Positions 49,071-62,279 of a stretch of 64,000 nt of DNA are shown piece after piece. The position numbers and the translations under genes are program-made. The notes beneath the pieces were generated by a model. It saw nothing but the letters and a program-made list of their open reading frames with translations. It was not told the origin of the DNA and ran no database searches. Source of the stretch: Podarcis pityusensis (taxonomy: Eukaryota); NCBI GenBank assembly GCA_964106645.2, contig OZ067044.1. The stretch is one strand, 5' to 3'. Within the stretch, counting starts at the first letter, position 1; the number at the start of each line of letters is the position of its first letter.

Positions 49071-51964
49071 TAAAACATGTTGCTTTTAAAAAAAAGGAGG
49101 AGGAGGAAGAGGAAGAGGAAGAAGAAAGCGAAAGCACCACGCTCCGGGAAAGTGTTGCAGCTATTTGAAAACCATCCAAAATGACTTCTGATGATAATTG
49201 CAAAGGTTACCATCAGTTTGGCTCTCTTTTTTTTTGAAGCGTTGCAAGATTCATTAAATGATATTCATTGCAGCATCCTAGACCAGGACAGTCACCACAG
49301 TTGTCATTTGAGCTCAGGTGAACCTTTGTGTGGCTAGGGCAGCCACTAGGCAAGAAGTTGCCTGGATTCCCCATGGCTGCTTCAGAGGCTCCTTCTGCCG
49401 GCAAGCGGGAGAATATGGAGTATGCCTGCCTGTGGAATAAGATGACTGTTTTGGTGTCTGTTCCCAGTCTGATTAGCACAGAATTGCCTATAAGAGAACC
49501 GCAAGGGGTTGTGGTTATTCTGGATGTCAACCATTTTTGGCAGGAAACCTGAAATGCTGCGGTAGACTGTAGCTTTTCTCTAGCACTCTGCTGGCTTTTT
49601 GTTTGTTTATATTATTGTTCCAGCAAGAATAGGTGTGGAAATATTAGTACACACTGTTAAAATGTCTGTATCTGACAAAACATTCATATCTGAATTAAAT
49701 TTGTGATATCCAACAGCAAATCGTGAACTTTTCTTCCCCTTTGAAAGTTATCTTATCCTTTTACGCTTACTAAGAAATAGGTTTTATTAAAGACACTGGG
49801 GCTTGCTTCTGAGTAAACTTGTGAACTACTGCTAGTAAATGGACTAAAACAGGTATGTTTACATGATTTTTAATCCAACATATCGACAGTGATGCAGTGA
49901 ATATTCAGTTCACTGCTGACCTCTTTTTATTCTCCATTTTAAGCCAGCTTCACACAGCAGCTGAGGGAAAAGATTCCTGTGGGAGAAAATGGAATTTATG
50001 ATCATAATACCATAAACTTAGGTGCAGGGATTCTTCCAGATGCACCTGCTACAGATCTTAATTGTGTTTAATTAAAAATAAATCAGATTGAATATGTTAT
50101 TCTTTTTTTAAAAAAAATAGTGGTGAAAAGGTAAAGTTTTCTGCCCTTTTCAAAGGAAGCCTCCTCTTAATTTATACTTTTGTCTGATTTCCTGCAACCA
50201 TCACAAGGCTCCGTTATAGAAGCTTTTGCTCTGATGGGTTTTGCGAGTCCTCAAATTTCTGCTCTTAGAGATTTAATGAGGGAGAGGTGGGTGGATGCTA
50301 TACCATCTGTTAATGATTCTGCTTGGTGAACATATTTTACCTCGGGGCCTGGTTACTGACAAGAGGCCAGAACCCAGAATGGCTCTGTAAAGTAATCAGT
50401 TGTCTACTGTCTACCTCAATTCTGCTGGGCATATTCAGTAACTGTGAGCTTGTGAGACGCCAGCTGTTGTCATCCACTTTTAAAGGGTTTATGAGGTCCC
50501 CCTATTAAAACAGTTGCAAAATGCTTCTCAAGTTTCGTTTGAGAACTCAATTTGTCTTTGAAAGTCCAAAATACAGAACATGGTAATTTAGTCATTTACC
50601 TGTGCTAAGAATCGTGGTTTGTGACCTGTGAGGATTTGACTTGTGCATTGTGCTGCACAGAACAAACATGATTAATCTGCTTGCCATGATTCAGTTAAAC
50701 AGTGCTGGTATCACGAAAAGAGGGGAAATGAAGGCGAGGCTCTCTGTTGTTACCGGGATTCACCTCATATGTAGTCTTTAATAAAAATTGGGTACCAATT
50801 CCCCCCCCCCTTCTCCAAGCAGAAATTGCACAGAACCTGTTTTCCATGTCTCCAGTCCTAATACAATATTCCTTTTGTGGATCACAGTAAGTATATGTAT
50901 GTGGTTTTGAAAATGTGCTGAACTTTAACAGTGAATTAAGTATTTAACCATTCACTGTTAAATACTTCATTCTGGTGATCCACAAGTTAGAATCATGAGT
51001 AGCTTAACTTTTCAAGTGTCATTATGCATTTCCTTCTAAAGCATTAATCTTTCATTAATGGATAGGCATACTGTGGTGAAAGGATGATGGACTTTTTCAG
51101 TCAGGATGAAGTAGCAGAAACACAGTGGTAGGCTTAATCACATTTGAAAATGTAAAATGGAGTTCCTGCTGTATTTTTTTTTTAAGGATCAGTATGGGAT
51201 AACTCGGTAGCAAAATCTAGAAGTGTGTTCAGACATTTTGGGATGATTTCAGACTGTGGAAAAAGGTTTAAAAGGGGTGAAGGCAGTGAAGATGACCTTT
51301 TGCTCCAAAGGCAAAGCTCAACATGGGAGACTTAACTTTTTGTGCAAATTGTGGGTAAGAGGCCGAGGCTGTAAAAGCTTGCCTTTTGCAAGATCAGCTA
51401 GCTTTGGCAGCACTGTGGATATGAGGGAAATGAAGTGATGTAAAGAATGGCAAGAGAGAGGCCAGCTGCAGGGTGCTTCAGTAATGGTGGCTTAGAAGGC
51501 AGAGATACCTTCACAGAGGAAGGAGGAGAGATCAAGAAATGCAGGGAATAACTGTAGCATTGCTCAGACTGTAGTTTCACAATCTGTTTTGAGACAGGAT
51601 GGCTGCAATTCAGAATAGCAGTAGACCTGTAACCTTACTACCTTAGTTAGGTTTAGTGTTGTAATACAAGGTTGTGGGGGCATGGAATTAGGGCATGAAT
51701 TGAGGGGTCCTCAATACTTTTGTAATACCCCCCCCCCGCTCAAAAGTGAGATTTTATTCCAAGTGGGCTTTCGATAGCTCCAGAGACCAGAAATGTGTTT
51801 GCATTATGAACAGCTTTACTGCCATTAACTCTTTTTTGAACGGGACATGTTCATAATTTTGCAGAGAACAAGTGCTTCAGATTATTAAGTTTGTGTTTTC
51901 CTGACGTGCTTCTATACATATCCTCCGGCAGGCGCAACTTAACTTTCAACCCTCAGAAGAACTC

Positions 51965-52291
51965 AAAGATCACCACAGCCAATCACAAACAAACAATCAC
52001 ACCCTAGGCCAACCCCAACCTCTCTCACCACCAAAGGAACACAAGTGAACAACACAAGCACGCTGACACCAAACTCTACATACATTAAGCATAATAGAAA
52101 CACCGCTACCCGACCCCACCCCCATCCATCTCCCCTCCCTCCACCCGCTTTCTTTTTTTTTCTTCTCCCCCTAATGCCTCAACAAATGAAACGGATTTGT
52201 AAAAATGTTACATGGGGGAAAAAAATACGAGGCATTACACTTACACTGTAAAACAAGAAAACCCTTAATAAAATATTTTTTTTTAAAAAAA
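51965..52291 (+). mobile_element. Polyadenylated retro-insertion (probably an L1-type 3' UTR)
   Basis: AATAAA at 52267-52272 and an A-rich tail. 17-bp TSD AACCCTCAGAA(G/C)AACTC at 51948-51964 and 52292-52308. Confidence 0.8.
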
Positions 52292-52314
52292 AACCCTCAG
52301 AACAACTCCTAAGT

Positions 52315-52451
52315 CATCCTTTCTCAACCTTGGGTGCCCATATGTTGTTAAACTACAACTCCTATCTTGCTTGATCACTAGTTCTGCTAGCCAGGGATTA
52401 TGGGGGTTGTAGTCCAACAGCTTCTGGGGAACCCAGTGTTGAGAAAGGCTC
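52315..52451. mobile_element. Palindromic hAT-derived MITE
   Basis: CCTTTCTCAAC...GTTGAGAAAGG termini with internal ACTACAACTCC/GGGGTTGTAGT symmetry. Related degenerate copies appear near 17.3, 28.7, 34.9, 56.2, 59.95 and 62.9 kb. Confidence 0.75.
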
Positions 52452-53709
52452 CCCTAAGGTGTTTAGAACCATAAACATGTTTCTTAATACAATACAAAAT
52501 TCTTATAGTCACTCAAGATACAACCTCAAAACAAATATTAACAAATGATTAAAAGCTTGGTGAAATAATAATGTATTATTCAACTTGAACCTATCTCACA
52601 TAAATTTTGTGAGGATAGAGTGCAAGAGTACCCTGTGCGCCACCTTGGATTCCCCTGGGGGAAAGTAATAAGTATGAGTTTTCTGAGCAGGCATTACTAT
52701 TACGTCACAAGCTTTTGTTTTTTATTTTAAATCAGTTGAATGATTGTTGCTTACCATAAAATACAATAACTGGTGGAACGTGGTAATGATGCTTAACATA
52801 TAGTGTGTGTCGAATGGATAGAGCATGTCACAAATAATTTTGGTAATCCTTACAACTGTTCTGTAACATAGCTTAATATTATCCCCATCTTGCAGTGGGA
52901 GTGAGGTACTGAGGCTTGGAGAATAGTCGCTTGTCTAAGGGCCACCTAGGGAGGGTTGGGGAACATGGAGGGTAACTGGATGGAGTGAAGGAAGGAGAAG
53001 CAGCAAGAATGGAATCCATATGAATAACTTCATGTGGTGCTCTGGATTAGGAAAATTGATCAATGCTTCTCTGAAGTCTGCTCATAAAGGAAAAAGAAAT
53101 GATTGCAGCCTCAGAGGAGTAGATCTGCTATATTTATCTTTCATGCAAGTTATTTAAGGAAGCATGTGGTGTCTTAGTTCAGTTTTTTTTCTTCACCTTT
53201 TCTATAAACCAAAAAGTGAGACACTTTGACTTCATTTGATTAAGGAGAAACTTATTCTGTAAGTTTTTGTATTGCTATCAGTGACAGTATAGCTGGTGCC
53301 AAAGTCTAGATAAAACCCTTACCTTAAAAGAAATGTCTGAGCCCCTTTTTCTTGACCCCAGTCCAGCACCCTTTCCAGCCACTTCCTTCATTCTTAATGA
53401 ATTGTACATGTCATGCTGTGGTGGGTCATGGTCAATATTTGTTTAAATGGTTTTTATTTACTTTTTAATATTTATAGGTCTTATTTTGTGTTTCGTTTGT
53501 GTATTCCTTATTTATTGTAAGCTGCCGAGAGAACTTCATTACAAATGATATACATACATAAATAAATGAATGCTGTAAATTGATGATTTTATATTTCAAT
53601 GAACCACATATATAGTGGGGAGAGCCTTGTAATTAAATTCTTTTTAAGGTGCAAGAAGCATTCTTTTTACCAGTTTCATTTTTTTAGTATGTGGATTCCA
53701 TCTGCTTTT

Positions 53710-54178
53710 CAGGACACTGACAAACTGGAATGTGTCCAGAGGAGGGCAACCAAAATGGTCAAAGGCCTGGAAACGATGCCTTATGAGGAACGGCTAAGGG
53801 AGCTGGGCATGTTTAGCCTGGAGAAGATGAGGTTAAGGGGTGATATGATAGCCATGTTCAAATATATAAAAGGATGTCACATAGAGGAGGGAGAAAGGTT
53901 GTTTTCTGCTGCTCCAGAGAAGCGGACACGGAGCAATGGATCCAAACTACAAGAAAGAAGATTCCACCTAAACATTAGGAAGAACTTCCTGACAGTAAGA
54001 GCTGTTCGACAGTGGAATTTGCTGCCAAGGAGTGTGGTGGAGTCTCCTTCTTTGGAGGTCTTTAAGCAGAGGCTTGACAACCATATGTCAGGAGTGCTCT
54101 GATGGTGTTTCCTGCTTGGCAGGGGGTTGGACTCAATGGCCCTTGTGGTCTCTTCCAATTCTATGATTCTATGATTCT
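53710..54178 (+). mobile_element. Young CR1 LINE, 5'-truncated (ORF2 C-terminus plus 3' UTR)
   Basis: Uninterrupted DKLECVQRRATKMVKGLE...RLRGDMIAMFKYIKG...FLTVRAVRQWNLLPRSVVESPSLEVFKQRLD, followed by a (TTCTATGA)n tail. Confidence 0.97.
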
Positions 54179-55901
54179 TTCTAGATATTTGATCTTCCCT
54201 GTAGTGTTCATGGTTGTCAAAAAGGGGCCTTTTGGAGCTTCATAGAGAGGTGAGAGGGCAAAGTTCAGAAGAGGAGTTACAGCCTTCCACGACATCCCCC
54301 TTCCTATTCTACCCTGAATGTATGAAGGATTAAGGAACTTCAGGATATCACTTGCTACTGGAGTGCAGGGGAAATGGTTCTATCTCAGAGGTGCTTCTGG
54401 AATTAAGGGTATTAGCTTTCCAGAGGTCTGATAATCTGTGCTGAAGGGGGAGTATAAAAAACAGCTCTCAGTTAAAACGTGTGAGAGGAAAGATTCAGTT
54501 CAGAAAGTGAGACACTAACCTTGATGTTTGGCTTGTATGACGCCAAAGCATAAGATGGCAATTGTATCTTTGTGTGCATGTAATTTACTCAGGTCAGACA
54601 TAACATTCAACTGTAGCTTAGTGTTATGAGAATGAACACGGGTGAGTTACAGGTTTGTGTTCTCCATTCTCGTTCACATATGGGGGAGGATGTTTTAAAG
54701 CTTCTGGATGTGGTTTCAGACAAACCACCGCCTTCCATTTCTTCTGAGTTGATGAAACACTGGTTTGTTCAAACCACAATTGGTTTAATCAAACAAGGAT
54801 ATTACACCACATTTTGGTTCTAGAGGCTCATAATTGTGTAAAATCAATATGTGCAGCTTTCCCTACCTGACAAGCTTTTAACTAATATTATGGGTAAATA
54901 TATGAAACTGCCTTATACTGACTGAGTCACTGGCCAATCTCGTCCAGTACTGTCTACTCTGGCTGGCAAAAGTTGTCCAAGGTATATGGGTCCTCTCATT
55001 CTTTTGCATCTGGTCATCTTATAGATGCCTTATATTTTGTGCAGTAGTAGAAACTACTGTGCCTATACTGCTGTACTTGTTCTGTTCTTGAAAATTGATG
55101 CTGAGAGGATTTTTGTTCATTGTTCATCCTACTTTCCTGCCCTGACTATATGCATAAGGAGATGTCGTTTTATGGTGGGGACTCTTTAGACTTTGAAGGA
55201 GCTTTGGTCATTATGCCTGAGCAGTGGGGCAGAACTAATGGTTCAATTGTGCTCTAATTTTTATTTTAAACTGTATTGGAACCCAGTTTTCTAAGTTCTT
55301 TTCAAAAGGGCTGAACAGAGCTTGTTGTAGACATGTCCAGCTGTTCTTGTTGTGAAACTAGTAGCAGTGAGGTGCACCAAGAACAATGTGTGCAAGCTTC
55401 CCATGTATTTGCTTCAGGTGTTAACTTGGTGTCTGTTCCAAGGAATGCCTCCTTTTGCTTCCCTGTGGATTGCTCTCACAGGCAGGCAGGGGAGCAGGAC
55501 CTCAGGCACATATCATAAATTAGGTGTTGGCAGGTTAGTATAATGAATATGATCCTTCATGTAACCTCGTCCCAAACTTCCGAGGACTTTAAAGATCATG
55601 ACCAGTGCCTTGAAATTAAACCCAGAAATGCACTGGCAACCAGTGCAGTATGTTACAACCCCAACCCACCTCCAGACATCAGTTCAGCATTTCAAACAGC
55701 CTTCTGGAGCAAGTAGGTGGGAAAGAGGAGTAGAGTTGTATGTCATCCACATGCTGATGACATTATTGTTAAATTTGGGGGTGGGGTGGTGTTTCTAGCT
55801 GAGATGTGACTGAAAAGCTATTTTAATTGCTCACTGTGTTGCTACTCTATATCACAGGTGACTGCTTAATAAACTGTAACATTATAACTATTCCCTTTTT
55901 T

Positions 55902-55931
55902 AAAGAAAGAAAGAAAGAAAGAAAGAAAGAA
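55902..55931. repeat. (AAAG)n microsatellite
   Basis: Direct observation. Confidence 0.9.
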
Positions 55932-57949
55932 TAAAACTTCATGAAAATTAACTTGGATTTAGCCTCATTTAACAAGAATGAAATAAGAAGAAATATACAA
56001 AAAACCCACATCCCACTTTTGGTTCAGGAGAACACATGTAAGTGGAACAGCTACCAAATAAGAGTGTTAGCAAAGACTGAATGTATTAGGGCAATACTTA
56101 TATTAGACCAATCAACATGTCACAAAACATCATACAAGCTTTTGAGTTTTCTGGAAGTCTTCACCAGACTATATCAGGTATGGCCAGTGTGGGGCCCTCC
56201 ATATGTTGTTGGTCTACAGTTCTCATCCTCTCTGACTACTGGCACACTGGTTGAGTCTGAGAGGATTTGGAATCCAACTACATATGAATGGGACAATTGT
56301 TTTTGTTGTTTATAAACTGTGTTGAAAATTTTAAAAGCAACTACCAAACACAAAGCACTGTCTTCCAAGACAAATGCATGTACAGATGTCAAGCCTTGCA
56401 TGCAGTTATCTCCTGGAAGGGACAGTGTTGGCTATCTTGGCGCTGGATGGTAAACATAACTGGGAAAGGGGGATTGGCACACTGTTTTGTGGCATTTTGG
56501 TTGGCCTAATAAAGGTATTGCCCTAATAAGGATGTTGGAATTTGCCTAATAGTCCAACATGGCTATCTTTCAGTTTAATCAGGCTGGGGCAACAGAAACA
56601 ATCTCACTACCTCTGATTTTTGCATGTTAAGAATTGCCGTTAAAGTATACAGAATACTCCACATTTACATGTGTTCAAGGCACGCATGACTGTGGCTGTG
56701 TGCATTGCCGCGAGCCCGGAAGTGGCAAGGAAAGGGGCAAAAACAGGCCCCAAAGGGCATGAAAATGGCAGACAAACAGCATCTAGCAATCCCCCAAGCC
56801 TTTGCAACTGCAATCCCAGGAGCCCTTGCACTGACATTTGAGGCCTGTGAAGAGTTGGAGTTTGATTGAGGTTTGGAGGGTGTTTGCAGACTTTTTCTAT
56901 GGTGTTCCCAATATACAAATTTACTTAAATGTGTAGTTCCTTGGAATGTAACCCCTGCATCAATGGGGAGCTGCCTGTACCTGACATCTCCATTTCAGTT
57001 AAGCAGAGCACAGTTTGCAACCACATCCAGCGTAGTGACACAGGCAGCCATATTTGCTATCCTGGCTATGAGCTTGACTATGACTTGCAACAATATTGGC
57101 TTAGCAGTGGAGTTGGTCATTCTTACTTGTACTTAAATGGAAGCCAATATGCAATACGCAAAACAGTATTCTTCAGGGCTAAAGGAGTAATTAATTAATA
57201 AAACAGAACACCTGTGTATCTCACAACCTGCTCCATGTTAAATAGAAAGCATTTTCACATTCTGGGAGGGACTCATGAGCCCAGGCACATTGTGGGAGAA
57301 TGCATTTGGCTAGTAAACAAAGCTGTTTAAATCCAGCAGTTGCTAAAACACTTTCTTGGTATGTGTGTGACAGTGTGAGTGGAAGAGGCAAAATGTATAT
57401 ACCACGTTCTGTGTTGTTTGCTGCAATGTGTGTATGTATAAATAGCCAGTTTATCATTGATATTCTGTGCGCCTGTGTGTGTGTGTGTGTGTGTGCTGAA
57501 GGAAACAGAATCTGTTTTCAGTTAACCTTTTGTGGTTGGAGTATAATATGCACAGAACACCCGTATGTATTGACCTTTGCTGAATGCTAGCTTCAAGACG
57601 TTTTAAACAATGGCCATACTTGGTGTATAATTTGGGTCACCTTTTTTCTTCCATTGTGTGTGCGTGTCTATGTGTATTTTGAGGTATCTTTTCCATTTTT
57701 CTAGTAATCCTTTCTGGCAGATAAATTTTGAGAATATTTCAGAACACTTTACAGTACTTAGAAAGTATGAAGTTTGTAATTGGGTTGTCTTTAAATGAAA
57801 GATGATTAGAGGTTACGTCTCATTGTTTAGTGCAGCCCCCTCCCTCCCCCTCCCCCTCCCCTCCCCCTCCCCCAATTATTCTTGTTTCATCAGAATAGTT
57901 ATTTAAAATCAAATTTCAGTGTTGGTAGGTACGATGCCAGAGGCATGGA

Positions 57950-58357
57950 TTTAAAGCTAAACTGGTTGCAGGAGCGGATCTACAGCTATGACCTGGGTCA
58001 GGCTTGATTTGCAGCTTAGTCAGTTTTAGAATCTGCTGTCAGTTTTGTAAACAGGAGTCTGCTGGCTGAACTGAACAGAAGGGTGAGATTAGCATATTAA
58101 TAAGGTTGTTGCTAATCGCCTCCCCTCCCTCCCCTCTCCCTCCCTTCCTCCTCCGCCTCTCCTGAATGAATCTAGGAATACAGACGCACACAGTCACATT
58201 GCTGGCTGGTTGCATTCTGTTTGGTAGCTTGTCCAGGGAAAAGGATGATCTGTGCTTTAAATTGTTGAGGCATGCGAAGACTCCGAAACTGAAATGCATT
58301 CTTCACGCTGTCGGAATATATTACTCGAGCAGCACTAAGGAATGGGGTGGTGTGGAG
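57950..58357 (+). promoter_or_regulatory. Candidate internal promoter and alternative first exon ending ATG GGG TGG TGT GGA G|GTGGGT
   Basis: Repeat-free, CpG-retaining block with octamer-like ATTAGCAT, forkhead-like GTAAACA and a CT-rich tract. ATG at 58342 in strong Kozak context, donor at 58358. Confidence 0.35.
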
Positions 58358-61300
58358 GTGGGTCTTTTCTTGCTTCTACCTTTGCAGCCAAACCTGAAAG
58401 ACGCTAAATGTAAGGAGGGTTAGTAGTTGATTTTTCCTGCTTGTGACTACGCTCAAGCGGCTGGCTTCCCAGCCCCCCTGCGGGAGCAAATACTACTGGA
58501 GACCTGAATTGGAACATTGTATGCTGGAGCCTGGCGTGATCTCTATACGATTGTGTGTATGTTGTTCTTGGAATTGGCAGGGCAACAGGCCCCGAAACAA
58601 GCAGGTGTCATCTATATGGAGAAAAGCGGCTGTAGTCCATTCCCAATATGCTGGGCTAAAGGTACACCAAACTTAAATATTATATATTTTCTGACTTTTG
58701 ATTCATGCATCAAAATAAAAGGGGGAAATAAGTTGGTTGGGAGAGAAGGACTGGCATGAAATTGAAAACACAGTGGCTGTATTCTGGCCATGTAATTTTG
58801 ATGTGGAAGCAGTCAGCTGTGGTGTTTTACCTGACAACCATAAACATTTTATCCTCTAAAGGCAGGGAAACAAATGGTATGAGCATTATTGGTTTTGAAT
58901 AGTCAGTACTTTTCAGTTTTGATGATCTATTTGAAATGGAGAATTCATCTACCTCAGTTGCCTGCATTTTTTAAAATTATTATTTAAATCTTTTATCAAA
59001 TGTTATTCATTATTTTTCAGGATAGATTCTGCAAATTATGAGTAATTTCGGTGGCCAAAACAGGGTGGAAATTTGATGAGTGTGAACAGGATAGAATTTT
59101 TATGCAGAACTACTGCATTGGTTACCTTTTTAAAAGCTGTGGTAAACGTGTCAGGGAAGTGCTTTATAGCTGGCACAATCAGACAGGATCTGACTTGAAA
59201 TTCAGGTTGAGCAATAAACGAGTTCCAAGTATAGAACTCTCCCTACTGGGTGTATTTTTAGTGGGTTTTAAAGGCAGCAGCATTATTTGCACCCTTGCCC
59301 TTTAGTGCACTGTCATGTAAGGTCCGGGTGCCTGTACTGTACATTTTAAGGTAAAATTATAAAGGACAAAAAAGCCCTCCCCCCCCCACATAAAGGTTTA
59401 ATTTTGTAATGAAAAGTAGTGCAAGATGACCTCTTTCTTTATGGTGGTAGTGATTCACCTGAACAGGTCACCTATAGTATCCAGCTGGGCTATGAGCCAA
59501 CCATTACCCTGCTCCCTGCCAAAGGGTAGCTGGAGTATTGCAATGCTCAGTTCATTACATGACCGGAGGCAGTTCGTGACCGCTACTCTGTGAAGGAAGG
59601 TTTTTAATCTGCTGTCACATTATGAGTTGTCAGCTGTGCCATAGCTTATGGTGGAGCACTGAGTCTGGTTTTAACCTCTGACATCTCCTGTCCAAGATTC
59701 TTGGATAGCAGATCTGAGAGACAGCTATCTGAGAACTTGGTTTTCCATTGCAAGTCAATGTGTCTTACTTATCCTCTTTTTCCTCAAAGGAGTTGCATAT
59801 ACTGTATTCTCCTTTCCCACCTCCCCTTTATCTCACAAGGGTGTTGTGAAGAATGATTTTTATGAGAGATTTGAATCCAGGCCTCCTGAGTCCTATACCA
59901 CACTTGCTCTCATGGGTAGCAGATTGTTTTATTATATCAGGGGTAGCCATCCTCCTCTGGTTGTTGGGGATTCCCATCAGCCTCAGCCACCATAGTCAGT
60001 GTTTATGAGAGTTCGGAGCCCAACGACAGGTGGAGGGTGCCATGTTGGGTTAGATGAACCACTGATTGGACAGTATATATGGCAGCTTCTTAGATAGTTA
60101 TCTCCAAACTAGTTGTGAAACCTTCTTCCCAGTGAAATATAAGTCCAGAATTCTTGAATAGTTTCCTCTGGATATGTGCAATGCATTTCCTTGGAATTTT
60201 CTTTAGAATTCTCCGGCTATGTGCACCTTCATCTTGGTAAGCTGTAAATGTAAAGTGAAGCACAGCATTTCTGTTACTTTTGGATCCCAACTCAATATTT
60301 CCTGTTTTATGAAGGGCATATTTGCTAAGTTAAATAAGGCAATGGCAACTTTCAATTTTGAAATCACAAATGCACTGAATGCTGTTCGCTTATATAAAAT
60401 TAATGCTACATGTATTTTTGATGAGATTTTTTAAAAATAGCTTCACATAAAGGATAAACTTGGAACCTTGTGTCAGACTTACATTAGAATGTAGGGCTAT
60501 TCAATTAGATTACAGAGGAGTTAGTCCCTTAGCTGCTTTTATATTCCTCATCTGTTGAATAAAACTCAAGGGTAAAGATGCTGCTCTTCATGTCTGTGAT
60601 GTCTAGTTTAATATCAAACCTCCTAAATTTTATCAGTACTGGATACTTCAGGGATAATATCCAGGAAGCCATAGGATACTTAGAGTTACATAACTCTCAC
60701 AGGCACTTTGCAAGTTATAGAAATCAGATACCCTGAAGCCAGAGTGTATTGATGTACCTAGACACTGTTTAAGTTGAGAAGAATACACATAAGTAGTCCT
60801 ATTCTTTACTATCATTGTGATCTCATTTCAGAGTAACTTTATAACTGTTACTCAACTTTATAATTGAAGCCGTGGACATGGTTAACTTCAAGCCATTCTG
60901 TCCAGCGGTTGCTGGACAATGTATGTCTTGGGGAGGGGGAGGGGATGACATACACACATACAAGCTCTCCGTTTGAACTCTCCATGTGTTTTACCCATCC
61001 TTTAATTGATACACTGTTCAGCTGAGATCCAGTTACTCCTTACTATCCATGTTTGTGGATCTAGACATACCTTATGACTCCGTACACCTGCTGACGTCTT
61101 ATAAGTAAGAAGAAAATTAGATTTTCTACTTCAGTGTGCATGGAAGTATTTATTGGGCAATTTTTACCTCTCTACAATATGTTGGGCAGGGATCTACATT
61201 TTTTGATGGCTATTGCTAGTCAAACAAAAATTTATGGCCACCAGCTTGTTTCCAGTTGGCTGGAGGCAAGCACTTTTGCCCAACAGCCAAGAATTCCCCC

Positions 61301-61638
61301 TAAACTTACTGGAGGGGAAGGTAGATAAGAAGCATTCCAGATTCAGTTTGACCCCCCCCCCTTTCTGTTACCTGAGGGAAAGATAGGTGGTGAAAATTGC
61401 AGGCTTTAGGCAGTGCACAGTGCTGGGGCTCTGAGCTCTAACATTGAGCAGCGGTTGAAAAGGTTTCCTTTCCCCAGTTCTCTCACATGCAGAAAAGACT
61501 GGGCAAGGAGAGTGAAAGTTTCAGCAATTACTGGGTAATGGGGCTCAGAGCTTTCCTCTGAACCTTTGACCTGGGGAAGAGGGTGGGAATTAATCCAGGA
61601 TGAGCCTGAGTCACTTCTCTGCTTCAAAGTTCTTCAAA

Positions 61639-61842
61639 GAAGAACTTCCTGACAGTAAGAGCTGTTCGACAGTGGAATTTGCTGCCAAGGAGTGTGGTGG
61701 AGTCTCCTGCTTTAGAGGTCTTTAAGCAGAGGCTTGACAACCATATGTCAGGAGTGCTCTGATGGTGTTTCCTGCTTGGCAGGGGGTTGGACTCGATGGC
61801 CCTTGTGGTCTCTTCCAACTCTATGATTCTATGATTCTATGA
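61639..61842 (+). mobile_element. Young CR1 3' end
   Basis: Nearly identical to ~53979-54178, with a (TTCTATGA)n tail. Confidence 0.95.
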
Positions 61843-62279
61843 AAGTAGGAAGAAGGTCTGTTGCTCATTACTCCCATCAGTGGGCAATTGCACACTTGTC
61901 ATGGAGAGCATGGCAAGTGTTTGGAGACATGTAAATGGAGGTTTGGAAGGGTGGCACCAGAACTGGGGGAGCTCAGCTGATGTGTTAGAGGTTGTTCTTC
62001 TGGCCTAGAGCTGTTTGTTTCCCAATTCCTCTTCACAAGAACTGGTGCAGTGTACCTCCTTGCTTGCATATATTTCCTCAGGGTCATTCTTGCTGCCTTG
62101 TTCCTGTGGCTAGACTCCAGTTCCCCACCTTTGAAAGTAGAAATGTGTCCTTGGCCTTTGAATGGTTAAGGTTGGATTCACATGTGTTAGTAACATGTCA
62201 GAGTTCATGGTCTTCATTTTTCCCCCCTTAGGCAGTCATTCTGCCTCTCACTTCCCTTCCATCCAAAATGTAGACAAGT

